NCBI GenBank assembly: GCA_951406725.2
Contig: OX597830.1
Location: 63,860,001 to 63,924,000, forward strand
Direction: 5' to 3'
Source of the DNA: Octopus vulgaris
Taxonomy: Eukaryota
Length of the DNA stretch: 64,000 nucleotides
In this document: positions 27,089 through 40,789 of the stretch, in pieces
Numbering within the stretch: position 1 is the first letter of the stretch
How the letters are laid out: every line of letters begins with the position of its first letter
The notes under the pieces: model-generated
The model's database searches: none
Told to the model about the DNA's origin: nothing
The model's input: the letters and a program-made list of their open reading frames with translations, nothing else
Program-made: the position numbers and the translations under genes

Positions 27089-30019
27089 AAAGGCAGTGTT
27101 TCAACAGAAATAAAATATCAAAATGGTTAAGATTAACAACAAAACTATTTTACTAAATTCTTCAATTTTTTTCAAAATTAATTGAGACATAGTGTATTTC
27201 AACAGAAAAACAGCAGTTTATTTCTTCTCCCCAAATATATTTCTATTCCAGACAAAGCCTTAATATTCCTTATATTTTTCACTTTCCTTTGTAGAATCTC
27301 TACCCATTTTATTTTTCCTACCTCTCAGACTCAGCACAAATATTTTCCTAAGCTAATCCACCTTAATCCCCCATTTCATGCATTGGGACTTCAGAATGTG
27401 CATGCTATCAAAGCAACATCATGCCAGTATTTAAACACACACACACATCTATCTTAACCATTGCATGTGTGTCCGCCAATGAGAATGGAGCTCTCAGTTT
27501 GAGGCATTTCACGCTTCATCATCTTCGTGCTTGCTGCTGCTCCCTTCCTGTAAGACCCCATCAACATACGCTTATGCGCATTGATATCCATGTATTTATG
27601 GGTAAGTATATATATTTGCATATGTATGTATGTGTATATATATACATACATATATATATATATATCTGCACACACACACACACACACACACACAGATGGA
27701 GACAATATATATATATATGTACAAATACATACATATACACATACATATATCCATATATATATATAAATATACACACATCTATCTATCTATCTACCTATCT
27801 ATACACACACACACACACACACACCCACGTATATAGGTATGACAATGTATATCAGTGTCACATATCAAAGATATGCCAGGTGAGCATCATCCACCCACCA
27901 AAAAAGTGATAAATTTCCTTTCTGCTAATTCCATTCTTGCATTATAATCTGATCTGATTATAATCTGATCAGAATTTATTTTCAAATCTTATAAAAGACA
28001 CTTGTAGCTGTGTGTGTGTGTGTGTGTGCATTTTTGTACGTTTGTGTCCCACCACAGCTTGACAAGCAGCATGGGTGTTTTTACATTCCTAAAACTTAGT
28101 GGTTCTGCAAAAAGGGTCTAATAGAATAAGTAACAGGCTTTAAAATAATGAATAATAATAAATGCATTTGACAAAAATGTTTCATGGCCGCAGTCTAATA
28201 ACTGAAACAAGTAAACAATATTGCGTACCTTCCCTTCACTGGACACTGCTTGCGAAGACCTGTTGAGGCAAGTGAAATCGGAATCGAAATCAAATTCGAT
28301 GACTGGCATCCGTGCTAGTGGAGCACTAAGAGCAGCATCGAAGCCTGATCGTTGCCAGAGCGGCAAACTGGCGTTCGTGCCGGTGGCACATAAAAAGCAC
28401 CGTTCGAGCATGATTGTTACCAGCGTCGTCTTACGAGCATTTGTGCTGGCGTGCAGGTGACATGTGAAAAAAAAACACGATTTTTCCGTGACCGTTGCTA
28501 GTACCGCCTGACTGGCCCTCATGCCGGTGGCACGTAAAATCACCCACTACACTCCCAGAGTGGTTAGCATTAGGAAGGGCATCCAGCTATAGAAACTCTG
28601 CCAAATCAAGATTGGAGCCTGGTGCAGCCATCTGGTTTGCCAGTCCTCAGTCAAATCGTCCAACCCATGCCAGCATGGAAAGCGGACGTTAAACGATGAT
28701 GATGATGATTATTTATTATATTTAAATTTTTTCTATATGATTTAATATAGATAATATCTTTCACTATCAATTGAATTACTTAATAGAGGTTATTTCTCTT
28801 AATCATATATATATATACTTTACTTACATAAATAATATGTATATCATCATCATCATCATCTGTTCTTGATGCTGGCATGGGTTGGACGGTTTGACAGGAG
28901 TTGGCCAGCCGAGAAGCTGTCCAGACTCGAGTTGTCTGTTCTGGCATGGTTTCTACAGCTTGATGCCCTTTCTAATACCAGTTACTTTACAGAATGCGCT
29001 GGGTGCTTCTTACATACCACTGGCATTGGTGCATTTACACAGCACTGGTATGACTGCATTTATGCAGCACCGCCACCAGTGTTTTTCATGTTGCACCAGC
29101 ACGAGTGCATTGTATGTGGCATTGACACCTGCAAAGGACATGCCTGTATGTATGAATGACCGTGATTTTAATAAGCTTGACATATCTTCTCAAGTACAGC
29201 AGATTGCCACAACTGCTGGTCACCTTGTCATTTCTGAAGTGAGGCCCATGTGAACACTCATTGATAACTTCTTTCAATTTCTTATTTCTTTATTGCCCAT
29301 AAGGGGCTAAACATAGAGGGGAAAAACAAGGACAGACAAAGGGATTAAGTCAATTACATCGACCCCGGTGCGTAACTGGTACTTAATATATCGACCCCGA
29401 AAGGATGAAAGGCAAAGTCGACCTCGGCAAAATTTGAACTCAGAACGTATAGACAGACGAAATACCGCTAAGCATTTCGCCTGGCATGCTAACGTTTCTT
29501 ATTTCTTTATTGTCCACAAGGGGCTAAACAGAAGGGAAAAACAAAGGGATTAAGTTGATTACATCGACCCCAGTACACAACTGGTACTTAATTTATCAAC
29601 CACGAAAGGATGAAAAGCAAAGTCGACCTCGGTGGAATTTGAACTCAAAACGTAACGGCAGACGAAATACCGCTAAGGATTTCGCCTGGCCTGCTAACGT
29701 TTCTGCCATCTCGCTGCCTTAACTTGTTTCAGTTTCTGTCTTCCAAATCTATGCACAAGGCTTTGGTTGGTTATAGCAGAAGATATCTGTCCAAGGGGCC
29801 ACAGAGTGGAACTGAAGAGAAAACCAGCATCAATGCCACACCACATCATCATTATACAACTCCCTCATTACGGCATGAACCTCATCACTGTCCACTCATT
29901 TTACTCATCTCACTGCTACTATGATATCCTCTGCTCTTCTAAACTAATTACTAACATACATCTTACCTGGCATACTTGAAACATCTGGGTTTTGTCACTT
30001 GTAAGGTGTTTCCCTAAAC

Positions 30020-30562
30020 CAGACTTAACTACCACCACTACTATCACTACAAGTCCTACTAATACTAATGCCATAGCAATTCCTACTACAACCACAACTA
30101 CCATCACCTCAATGACATTATTACAAACACCACCAGTTACTATTACCACAACCACCATTACTACTATTACTACTACAATCACCACCATTACTACTACTAC
30201 TAGTAGTACCACCACCACCACCATTACTACTACTTTCTTCCACTACGACCACCAACATCACTACTACTACTACCACCACCACCACCATTACTACTACTAC
30301 TACTTCTACTATTACTACTACTTCTTCCACTACGACCACCAACATTACTACTACTACAACCATTACAATTACCATCACTACTGCAGTAACTATCACTACG
30401 ACCACAATTACAACTATCACAACTACTACAACTACCATCACCACCACAATCATTACCACAGCCACTACCATTATTACTACCACTACATTTACCACTACAC
30501 CACTACCACTACCACTACCACCACCACCACCACCATTGTCATAATCACCATCATCATCATCA
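30020..30562. repeat. (ACT/ACC/ATC)n compound microsatellite
   Basis: visible; source of poly-Thr/Tyr/Val ORFs. Confidence 0.95.
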
Positions 30563-31477
30563 TTCAGCATCTGTTTTCCATGCTTGCACGGGTTGGACAG
30601 TTTGACAGGACCCCAGTAACCAAGCAGGGCTGAAACAGGCTTCCGGAGGTGGACGATGCCCTTCCTAATGCCAACCACTTCACAGTGTGTACTGGGTTGC
30701 TGTATGAACATCTGTGTATCCTTGTGTATCTCCCCTACCACCACTGCACAACCAGTGTCGGTTCGTTTACATCCCTATAACTTACCAGTTCGGCAAAAGG
30801 GACCAATAGAATAAGTGTCAGGTTTAAAAATAAGAATAAAGGGAGGTGTGGTGGTGGTGGTGGGGGAGCTGGGGTCAACTTGTTTGACAAAATTCTTCAA
30901 GGTGGTGCCTCAGCATGGCCGCAGTCCAATGACTGAAGCAAGTACAAGATAAAAGATGGACTCACGAATGGCCTTGATCTCCGTCGGTTACGATGGTGGG
31001 GGTTCCAGTTGATCTGAGCAATGGATCAGCCTGCTCGTGAAATTAACAAGCGAGTGGCTGAGTACTCCACAGATATGTGTACTCTTATCATACTTCTCAA
31101 GAGAATTCAGGGTGACATAGAATGTGACAAGGCTGGCCCCTTGAAATACAGGGTACTGCTAATTTTTGCCAGCTGAGTACACTGGAGCAACGCAAGATAA
31201 AACGTCTTGCTTAAGGGCACAAGATACCACTGGGAATTGAACTCACGACATTACAATTGTGAGCCAAGCACCCAAGCCACTAAGCCACATGCCTTCTCAT
31301 ACTTGAATAAACAAATAAATAAAAACAAGGCATATATGGTTGTTCCTCGTAGATGTTTTTTTTATATAAATATATAGAGAGCAGCAGCAGCAGCAGCAGT
31401 AGCAGCAGTGTGAGGGAGATCACCTGAAAGAGTTGATCAGTCGATCACACCTTCTCAGTTCTTTTCTGTAGAAACCT

Positions 31478-31621
31478 TTAAGAAATCTTCACTAAAGTCA
31501 TACCATTCTGATAGTCTTCGTCCTCGTTATCACGACCCGTTAATATTAGCGTCACCAGAGCTTTTGAGAAGATAGTTTTCATCAGTGTACCAACATGGGA
31601 ATCTAACGTCTGCAGGCATTT
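31478..31621 (-). CDS. REXO5: REXO5-like last coding exon (KCLQTLDSHVG...ALVTLILTG...NGMTLVKIS*)
   Basis: ttcgccag acceptor, TAA stop at 31478-31480. Confidence 0.8.
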   Translation of the reverse strand, partial: KCLQTLDSHVGTLMKTIFSKALVTLILTGRDNEDEDYQNGMTLVKIS

Positions 31622-34600
31622 CTGGCGAAAGAGAAAAATAAAGGAATAAATAAATAAAACGATTTCGGGTTTTAAAAAAAGACAAAAAAAAAAAAAAAAG
31701 AGGGTGATTCATTCAAATAAATATTCGAGGTAGTGCTCCGGCATGGCCACAATCTGATGCCTGAAACAACAAAAGATAAAAGATACCTATTTCTTTACTA
31801 CCCACAAAGGGCTAAACACAGAAGGGACAAACATCATCATCATCATCGTTTAACGTCTGTTTTCCATGCTAGCATGGGTTGGACGGTTCGACCGGGGATC
31901 TGGGAACCCCGAAGTCTGCACCAGGCTCCAGTCTTATCTGGCAATGTTTCTACAGCTGGATGTCCTTCCTAACGCCAACCACTCCGTGAGTGTAGTGGGT
32001 GCTTTTTACGTGCCACCTGCACAGGTGTCAGGCGAGGCTGGCAACGGCCACGGTCAGACAAATGGATTAAGTCGATTACATCGACCCCAGTGCGTAACTG
32101 GTACTTATTTAATCGACCCTGAAAGGATGAAAGGCAAAGTCGACCTCGGCAGAATTTGAACTCAGAACGTAGCAGCAGACGAAATATGGCTACACATTTC
32201 GGCCGGTATGCTAACGTTTCTGCCAGTTTGCCACCTTATGGATAAAAGATACCATCTCACCAATGGCTGAGTGGTTGTTGAGAAGAAAGGGAGTTAACTA
32301 GTTTTTGTAGAAACAACACGACATACCATACCATCACACTAATAGTTGGATAGTTAGTGGCAAAAATGGTAATTTACTCCGCAGCAGAAACAAGTGCCAC
32401 AACAAACAATTGCTATCTCACAACTACTGCACCACCAGTGGACAGCAAAAGTGGAGATTTACTTCTCACAGTGAAAACACCATATCTCACTGTGTTATCT
32501 AAGTACAATACAGGAGTACCCAAGCATTGTACTGGTTTGGTATGATACCGGAGTACTCAGGCATTGAACCATTTTGTTATGGTACTGGAGTACTCAGGTA
32601 TTGAAACATTTTGTTATGGTACTGGAGTACTCAGGTATTGCACCATTTTGGTATGATACTAGAGTATTCAGGTATTGAACCATTTTGTTATGGTACTGGA
32701 GTACTCAGGTATTGAAACATTTTGTTATGGTACTGGAGTACTCAGGTATTGCACCATTTTGGTATGATACTGGAGTACTCAGGCATTGAACCATTTTGTT
32801 ATGGTACTGGAGTACTCAGGTATTGCACAAATGGAGTACTGGAGTACTCAGGTATTGTACCATTTTGTTATGGTACTGGAGTACTCAGGTATTGTACCAT
32901 TTTGTTATGGTACTGGAGTACTCAGGTATTGTACCATTTTGTTATGGTACTGGAGTACTCAGGTATTGTACCATTTTGTTATGGTACTGGAGTACTCAGG
33001 TATTGTACCATTTTGTTATGGTACTGGAGTACTCAGGTATTGTACCATTTTGTTATGGTACTGGAGTACTCAGGTATTGTACCATTTTGTTATGGTACTG
33101 GAGTACTCAGGTATTGTACCATTTTGTTATGGTACTGGAGTACTCAGGTATTGTACCATTTTGTTATGGTACTGGAGTACTCAGGTATTGTACCATTTTG
33201 TTATGGTACTGGAGTACTCAGGTATTGTACCAGCCCTGTACTTAACTCCATGTCCCCCTACATGGCCTTGCTATTTGCTTTTGAGCCAAATTAACTAACT
33301 AACTAACATCACAGTGACACACAATAACACCCAGTATTATTGAAGTCAACTTTAAGTATGACATAGGAGTACTCAAACATTGTACGTACCAGAGTACAGC
33401 AACAGAGAAGTAGCACATAGGTTTACACCATCACATTAAGACACAATTAGCCCAAGTACCAATCAGACCATGACACTTTGTCCCAGATCGTTTGAACATA
33501 GGCTAAATCAGTGTTCGACTACATACACGAGATCATTATAATTCCTCAATGATGAATTGAAGTTGTCTCCCTTACATGTGGCTCCCCCCCCCCCAAGAAG
33601 ACAGCAGATGATCTGTGAACCTGCAATAAACTAATGACTAACATCTTCTCAATACCAATACCTTCCCACATGTTTCCCCAACACCAGCCATGTTTACAGC
33701 ATTTTTCTTTTTTCCTTCACGGTGCACACAAGTCTTCTCCAAGACAGATCTTGACCAGGTGTACCATCAGATTCCAGTCAACCCAGATGGCAATCAGAAC
33801 ACCGTTTAGACCCTCTGAGTTCATGTGCATGTCATGTAGCCTCCATAACACTACATAAACATTTCAGAGGGTGACTGATGATGTCATCTAAATGTCCCTC
33901 TTTGTTGAAACTATAATCTTTAGACCATGAATGCAGCACCCGATCCACTAAACCATGTGTCTTCTCTGTCTGTCTGTCTCTCTCTCTCACACACACTAAT
34001 TACTAGACCTGGTATTCCAATATTTCGGGGTTGGGACACCTTTTTCAGGAAATTTAGAAAAGGTGTCAATAGGTGATGTCTCTATCAGCTATCAACACCT
34101 TTTCTCTGTAAATTTCCCGAAGAAGGAGCCCTAACTCTGAAATACTGAAATGCCAGGAAATAGCACAAACCATCAACCTGCAGTATTAATCATTTATAAC
34201 TTGCATTGTTTTGACTTTTAAAATACTGATGTTAAGAAGTGCATCCTACTGTAGAAACCATGTCAAATGAGACTGGAGCTTGATGCAGCTCTGTGACTCA
34301 CCGGTTTCAGTCTAACCACCTAACACATGCCAGCATAGAAGGCAAATGCTAAATGTTGATGATGGTGATGATGATGATAGTGCCACCTGACCGACTCCTG
34401 TGCTGGTAGCACGTAGGAAGCACCATTCAAGCATGGTCAATGCCAGCACCACCTGACTGGTCCTTGTGCCAGTGGCACGTAAAAAGCACCCACTACATTC
34501 TCGGAGTGGTTGGCATTAAGACGGGCATCAAGCTGTAGGAATTTTGCCAGATTGCACTGGAGCCTGGTGCAGCCTCCTGGCTTGCCAGCCCTCAGTCAAA

Positions 34601-35170
34601 CCGTCCAACCCATGCTAGCATGGAAAGCAAACGTTAAAAGATGATGGCGACGATGATGATGACGATGAAGACATTCCATGCTAGGAATAACATCACAAAA
34701 GCAAATTCGAAATGAAATAATTTAAGAATGGAGCAGAGTGAATGATGTGATCGTAAAATATCAAAAGTGCAAGTCCCGCTGGGCCAGACATGTCGCATGG
34801 CTCACAGACAAGAGGTGGGCCCTTGCAACTGCCAAGTGGTATCCAAGAGATCGGGGAAGGCCCCTTGGAGAGCTTCCACAATGATAGAAAGGCAATCTAG
34901 TTAAGCAATTTGGGTCAGGATAGAAAAGAATGGCGCAATCAAGACAGAAATGGAAGAACATTGCGACCGGTCATGCGTAACGTCATATGATGGTCAGTCT
35001 AAGGCGACAGGAGAAGACAATTGCCCTAAGTGGAGCAGAGTGAATGATGTGATCGTAAAATATCACACAGTCACACCTGCACCCAGGTATGTCTATTGAT
35101 TCTGGGCAAATGTTCTGGACATTTTGTTCTCACACCTATTCTCAGCTGTAATTAATTAATTAATCAATCA

Positions 35171-35240
<70 letters not shown>

Positions 35241-35815
35241 GAGAGAGAGGATGAGGATAAGAGGGAGGAGGATTGCATGGATAAGGAAAGGGAGGAGGAG
35301 GAGAAAGAGAGAGAGGAGGAGGAGGAGGAGGAATAATGGCAGAGCAGTAGACGTGTTTTGCTTACCTGAATGTCTGCCTCTTTGCTGTCTGTGTTGGTTT
35401 GGAGAAGATTGTGGAAGGAATTCAACTGGAGCCACATGAAGTCGTTGTCATAGAGTTTCTTTTGGGCAGTGCTGACAATTTCTTCATCAGAACCATGGCT
35501 TATCCTTTGACCAGGTTCTCCTGAATACATGTCAATCACAGATCTCGCATCAATCACCAGAGCTGAAAGAGAGAAACAGTTTCAGAATTACAGCAAGGCA
35601 GTCGGACATTTTCTAACTTTACTGTGATATGAAAGAAAACAATTAGGTGCAGGAGTGGCTGTGTGGTAAGTAGCTTGCTTGCCAACCACATGGTTCCGAG
35701 TTCAGTCCCACTGCATGGCAGCTTGGGCAAGTGTCTTCTACTATAGCCTTGGGCTGACCAAAGCCTTCTGAATGGATTTGGTAGATAGAAACTGAAAGAA
35801 GCCTGTTGTATATAC

Positions 35816-35884
<69 letters not shown>

Positions 35885-38800
35885 CTTGTTATTTCTTTAT
35901 TGCCCACAAGGGGCTAAACAAGGACAGACAAAGGGATTAAGTCGATTACATCGACCCCAGTGCACAACTGGTACTTAATTTATCAACCCCGAAAGGATGA
36001 AAGGCAAAGTCGACCTCGGTGGAATTTGAACTTAGAACGTAATGGCAGACAAAATACCGCTAAGCATTTCATCGGGCGTGTTAACATTTCTGCCATCTCA
36101 CCGCCTTATATGTCTGTGTATGTTTGTGCGTGTGTCTGTGTTTGTACCCCAACATTGCTTGACAACCGATGCTGGTGTGTTTATGTCCCCATAACTTAGC
36201 GGTTCAGCAAAAGAGACCGATAGAATAAGTACTAGGCTTACAAAGAGTAAGTCCTGGGGTCGATTTGCTTGACTAAAGGCGGTGCTCCGACATGGCCACA
36301 GTCAAATGACTGAAACAAGTAAAAGAGTAAAGAGCAAAAACGAACAAACAAATGAATGAATTAATTAATTAATTAACCTATCAATTAATTACAGCCGAGA
36401 ATAAATATTAGAAATTTCATTCTCCCTTTCTCCTCCTACACCACACCTCTAGCTTAAAAAAATATTTTAAAAAAAAAGCAGTGTGGAGGTTGAAAAGAAG
36501 GAAAACAGGAAGAAGAAACCTTGAATTTCAATGACTGGAACTTCACACAAACTATTTTAAACCTTGAAACTGCAGTTGTGATCCCTGTGCCAGTGGCACG
36601 TAAAAAGCACCATCCGAATGTGGCCGATGCCAGCTCCACCTCAACTGGCTTCCGTGTCGATGGCACGTAAAAAGCACCATCCGAATGTGGCCGATGCCAG
36701 CGCCGCCTCGACTGGCTTCCGTGTCGGTGGCACGTAAAAAGCACCATCCGAATGTGGCCGATGCCAGCACCGCCTCAACTGGCTTCCGTGTCGGTGGCAT
36801 GTAAAATGCACCAATCCGATCGTGGCTATTGCCAGCCTTGCCTGGCACCTGTGCCGGTGGCACGTAAAAAGCACCCACTACACTCTCGGAATGGTTGGTG
36901 TTAGGAAGGGCATCCAGCTGTAGAAACACTGCCAGATCAGACTGGAGCCTGGTGCAGCCTTCTGGCTTCCCAGATCCCCGGTCAAACCGTCCAACCCATG
37001 CTAGCATGGAAAATGGATGTTAAACGATGATGATGATGTTACCATATTTCTATTAAAATATGCTTTGGTAAGGCACAGCACTCATTCATCTGAAGTCATG
37101 GGACTGTAGCATGATGGAGTGTAGTCATGGATTGTAGTCATGGATTGTAGTCATGGGTCTACAACATGTGAAGAGGCAGCAGAAGAGCTCAACTGAACCA
37201 ACGTCACTTCTTACACTGATGCTGATCAGCAGACTCCTACAAGGTCAATGGCCAGGGCCACCAGGCTCTATCAGGAGAGTAACAGCAACACATCCATAGA
37301 AAAAGCATTCATGGTTGTGTAATGACTGAAGCTCCTAATTCAAATTTGTTATAGAATTGGAAAGTGACAAAAAGTCAGAGGAATCCATGCAAACAGCATG
37401 ACCGAATGCTGCTGCTTTTGTTGCAATTAATTCTGAAATCAATGAAGACTTTATAAAAGTAACTTTCTTATTATTAACCCTTTCGTTACTGTATTTATTT
37501 TGAGATGCTCCATGTTTCTTTCAATTCCTTTTAAATATCACAAAGAATTTAGTAAAATAACTTAGTTATCATTAAGCTAGTGTTAGGATCATAAATTGTG
37601 ACTAAGGTTTGGTGGAAGATTTTAATTCGAAACTTATGAAAACAAGACATTTGTACTGAGGGCCAGAGCTGGTTTCAGCCAGGTTGGTAACGAAAGGGTT
37701 AAACTGGTGCTTAGAATATCAATTAACATCGAATTTGATGGGAAGTTTAACTTTAAAAGAGGAGAGAATTGTACATTATTTACAGTATTTAGATTATTTA
37801 CATTTGACAGATATTTGTCTTCATCTTGTTTGTTTAACACGTTTTGGCTGATATACGCTCCAGCCTTCATCAGGTGTCTTGGGGAAATTTCGAACCTGGG
37901 TTCTCATTCCTAAGGTATTTTTCAATGTTATTATTATTATTATTGAGTGAGAGAGTAGTGCATGCCATCAAAGTGACACTGGGGTAAAATATACGAAGCC
38001 CAGTATACCCATCATGACTACCCATCTGATAAGGGCACACCAGGCACATGCATCACAATCATATGTGTGCGACATGGTGATCTCATATCAAGATGAACAG
38101 CACATGACCTTGCAGGTGAGGCCCAGTTAGAATTTTCTTCTGGTCGAGTAGCCCATCCCGTTCAAAAGGTCCCTGAATAAAGGTTGTTTAAGGATGTTGA
38201 ATGAACCACCCATGTTTCGAAAGGTGAATTATTCAAACTTCAAAAGAATTCCTCTCAACACATGGCTATGATATTCCACCACTATTTCTGTTCGTGATCA
38301 GAGATGCACATATCGTCAGCCACTAAGGGACATGCTCAACTGGTTAAGGTCAAACAACTGACAAGCAAATCTGTGGTATTGAGCAGAATATTTGCTGCAG
38401 ACCATCTTTTATACCAAGACAAAACAATGTACATGATAACACTTCCAATCAGTTAAGATCAGAAGCCACGAGAGCCACTGTCTGGTACTGCATCAGGACA
38501 TTTATCATCATCAGCATCATCATTATTATTGTTATTCAGGTCACTGGCGTAGTGTTTAAGAGCGTGGGCTACTAACCCTAAGATTCTGAGTTTGATTCCA
38601 GGCAGTGATCTGAATGACAACAATGACGACGATAATTGTGAAGACAGCAGTGGCAGCGATGACGACTACGACGACATTGAAAAATACCTTAGGAATGAGA
38701 ACCCAGGTTCGAAATTTCCCCAGGACACCTGATGAAGGCTGGAGAATACATCAGACGAAACGTGTTAACATCAAACAAGATGAGGACAAATATCTGTCAA

Positions 38801-40756
38801 ATGTAAATAATGTACATAATTCCTCATCTCTAAAATACAGAACTGTAGGAGATTTCTATCAAGGAACCAGGGGCAGTCTCAGGCAAGTTGGTATCTCACT
38901 TAAGCACCAACAACAGACTCCCCATCTCTTTCACTTTTACCTCAACTTAGCTGCTACTCATCCAACCAAAATTTCAGTAATTAATTATGTAATAATTAAA
39001 TAAATACTAACTTAAGACCATTTCAAATATACTTGGGAGCAATTTCACTGCAGTTTGTCATGAAGAAAGATTTCTCACCTAAGAGAAAAAAGTATTAAAA
39101 TAAAATAGCCAGCTCAGAGCGCCCTCTATTGGATATGCTTGCTTTAAGCTCTTGCCTGATGGGACTGGGGTCATCCCAGGTTAGTGGTCCTGGAGGTGTT
39201 ATCATATGCAGAGCTGACCCGGTCCATCAGTGCTCCCCAATGCTGGCCAGGTCCTGCGCCAGCCCCTCTGCATCCTCCAAGATATCAAGCTTCTGAAGAT
39301 CTTCCTTAATCACCTCCAACCAGCTGATGTATGCATTTTGAACTCATTACTTCTCTTCAGTTCCAGATACCAAGGGAGGTCACTCTGAGCTCACCAGTAA
39401 GATTTGCTCCCAATGTCATTAATCAGTCGATATTATTGACTGATAGTGCGCATTGGGTGCCAGGCTGGAACACATTAGTCATAGAAAGAAACACAAACTT
39501 AAGACCAATTCAAATATGTTTGAGAGGTATTTGAACCTGTAAAGGCTTTTATCTTAAGTGTCCGTTGCCAGCCTTGCCTGGCCCCCATGCCGGTAGCACG
39601 TAAAAGCACCATCCGTTCGTGTCCGTTGCCAGCCTCGCCTGGCCCCTGTGCCGGTGGCACGTAAAAACACCATCCATTCGTGGCCTTTTGCCAGCTCTGT
39701 CTGGCACCTGTGCAGGTGGCACGTAAAAAGCACCCACTACACTCACAGAGTGATTGGCATTAGGAAGGGCATCCAGCCATAGAAACACTGCCAAATCTGA
39801 CTGGGCCTGATGAAGCCTTCCGGCTTCACAGACCCCAGTTAAACCGTCCAACCCATGCTAGCATGGAAAGCGGACGCTAAATGATGATGATGATGATGAT
39901 GAGGGTTTGTTTCTCCCTGACAAACTGAGGAGCTTTTACTTACATTTCTTCTGATGTTCATTGAGTAGATCAAAGAAACTGCGATGTGTCGCTGAGTCAC
40001 TCATGTTAACAAAGAATTTCCGATTGTCATCAACGGCCACACCTTCCTCGTTTGTTTGTTTCGTGTTTGGACTGGAAGATTCTTTGTAAACTGGAGTGGA
40101 GTTATTACATGCTTCTGTTTTGTGTATTGTCAAATTTGTGTCAAGAATCACATCACCAAACTCAATACCTGGAAAATGAAGCAAGGTAAGAGATAAGACA
40201 ACCCTGGAGACACTTGTTGGGAAACAGATATACAGCCATACAGGTAAATAGATATTCAACTAACTGGACATACAGACATGCAGTCATACAGGTAAACAGT
40301 TACACAGGTAAACAGATAAACAAGTAATCAGATATACAAGTAATTAGATATACAGGTAAACAGACATACAGGTAAACAGATATAGGTAAACAGATAAACA
40401 AGTAATCAGATATACAAGTAATTAGATATACAGGTAAACAGACATACAGGTAAGTGGATAAACAGGTAAGGAAGCAGACATTCTGAGGTCATCAACAATA
40501 CTGAAGGGACTTACTGTTTTTCAGTTTTAACTGCACCAATTGCAGGCTGGCAGCTGCATCTTCCACTGAATTGTGGCCACTGTCTCCAGTCTGAATCTGT
40601 TTACTAAGGAATAAAGAAAGAAATAAACAAACAAACAAAGAACCCTATGAAAGATTTTGACTAATCCCTCTTAACATCACTCACTCGTTAAAAAAAAAAA
40701 AAAATTTTCCAACACACAGATTCATGTAAATGACTCCTGTTTGTTGTAGTAGTAGT

Positions 40757-40789
<33 letters not shown>

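Noticed and set aside
32546-33232. CRISPR-like array or real 150-190 aa ORFs
   Set aside because: Contiguous 37-bp units with no spacers, in eukaryotic context; the ORFs only reflect a stop-free unit.
39012-39078. Exon-like segment (minus; ctcttag acceptor, gttagt donor)
   Set aside because: Stops in all three frames, and the flanking exons already join in phase.
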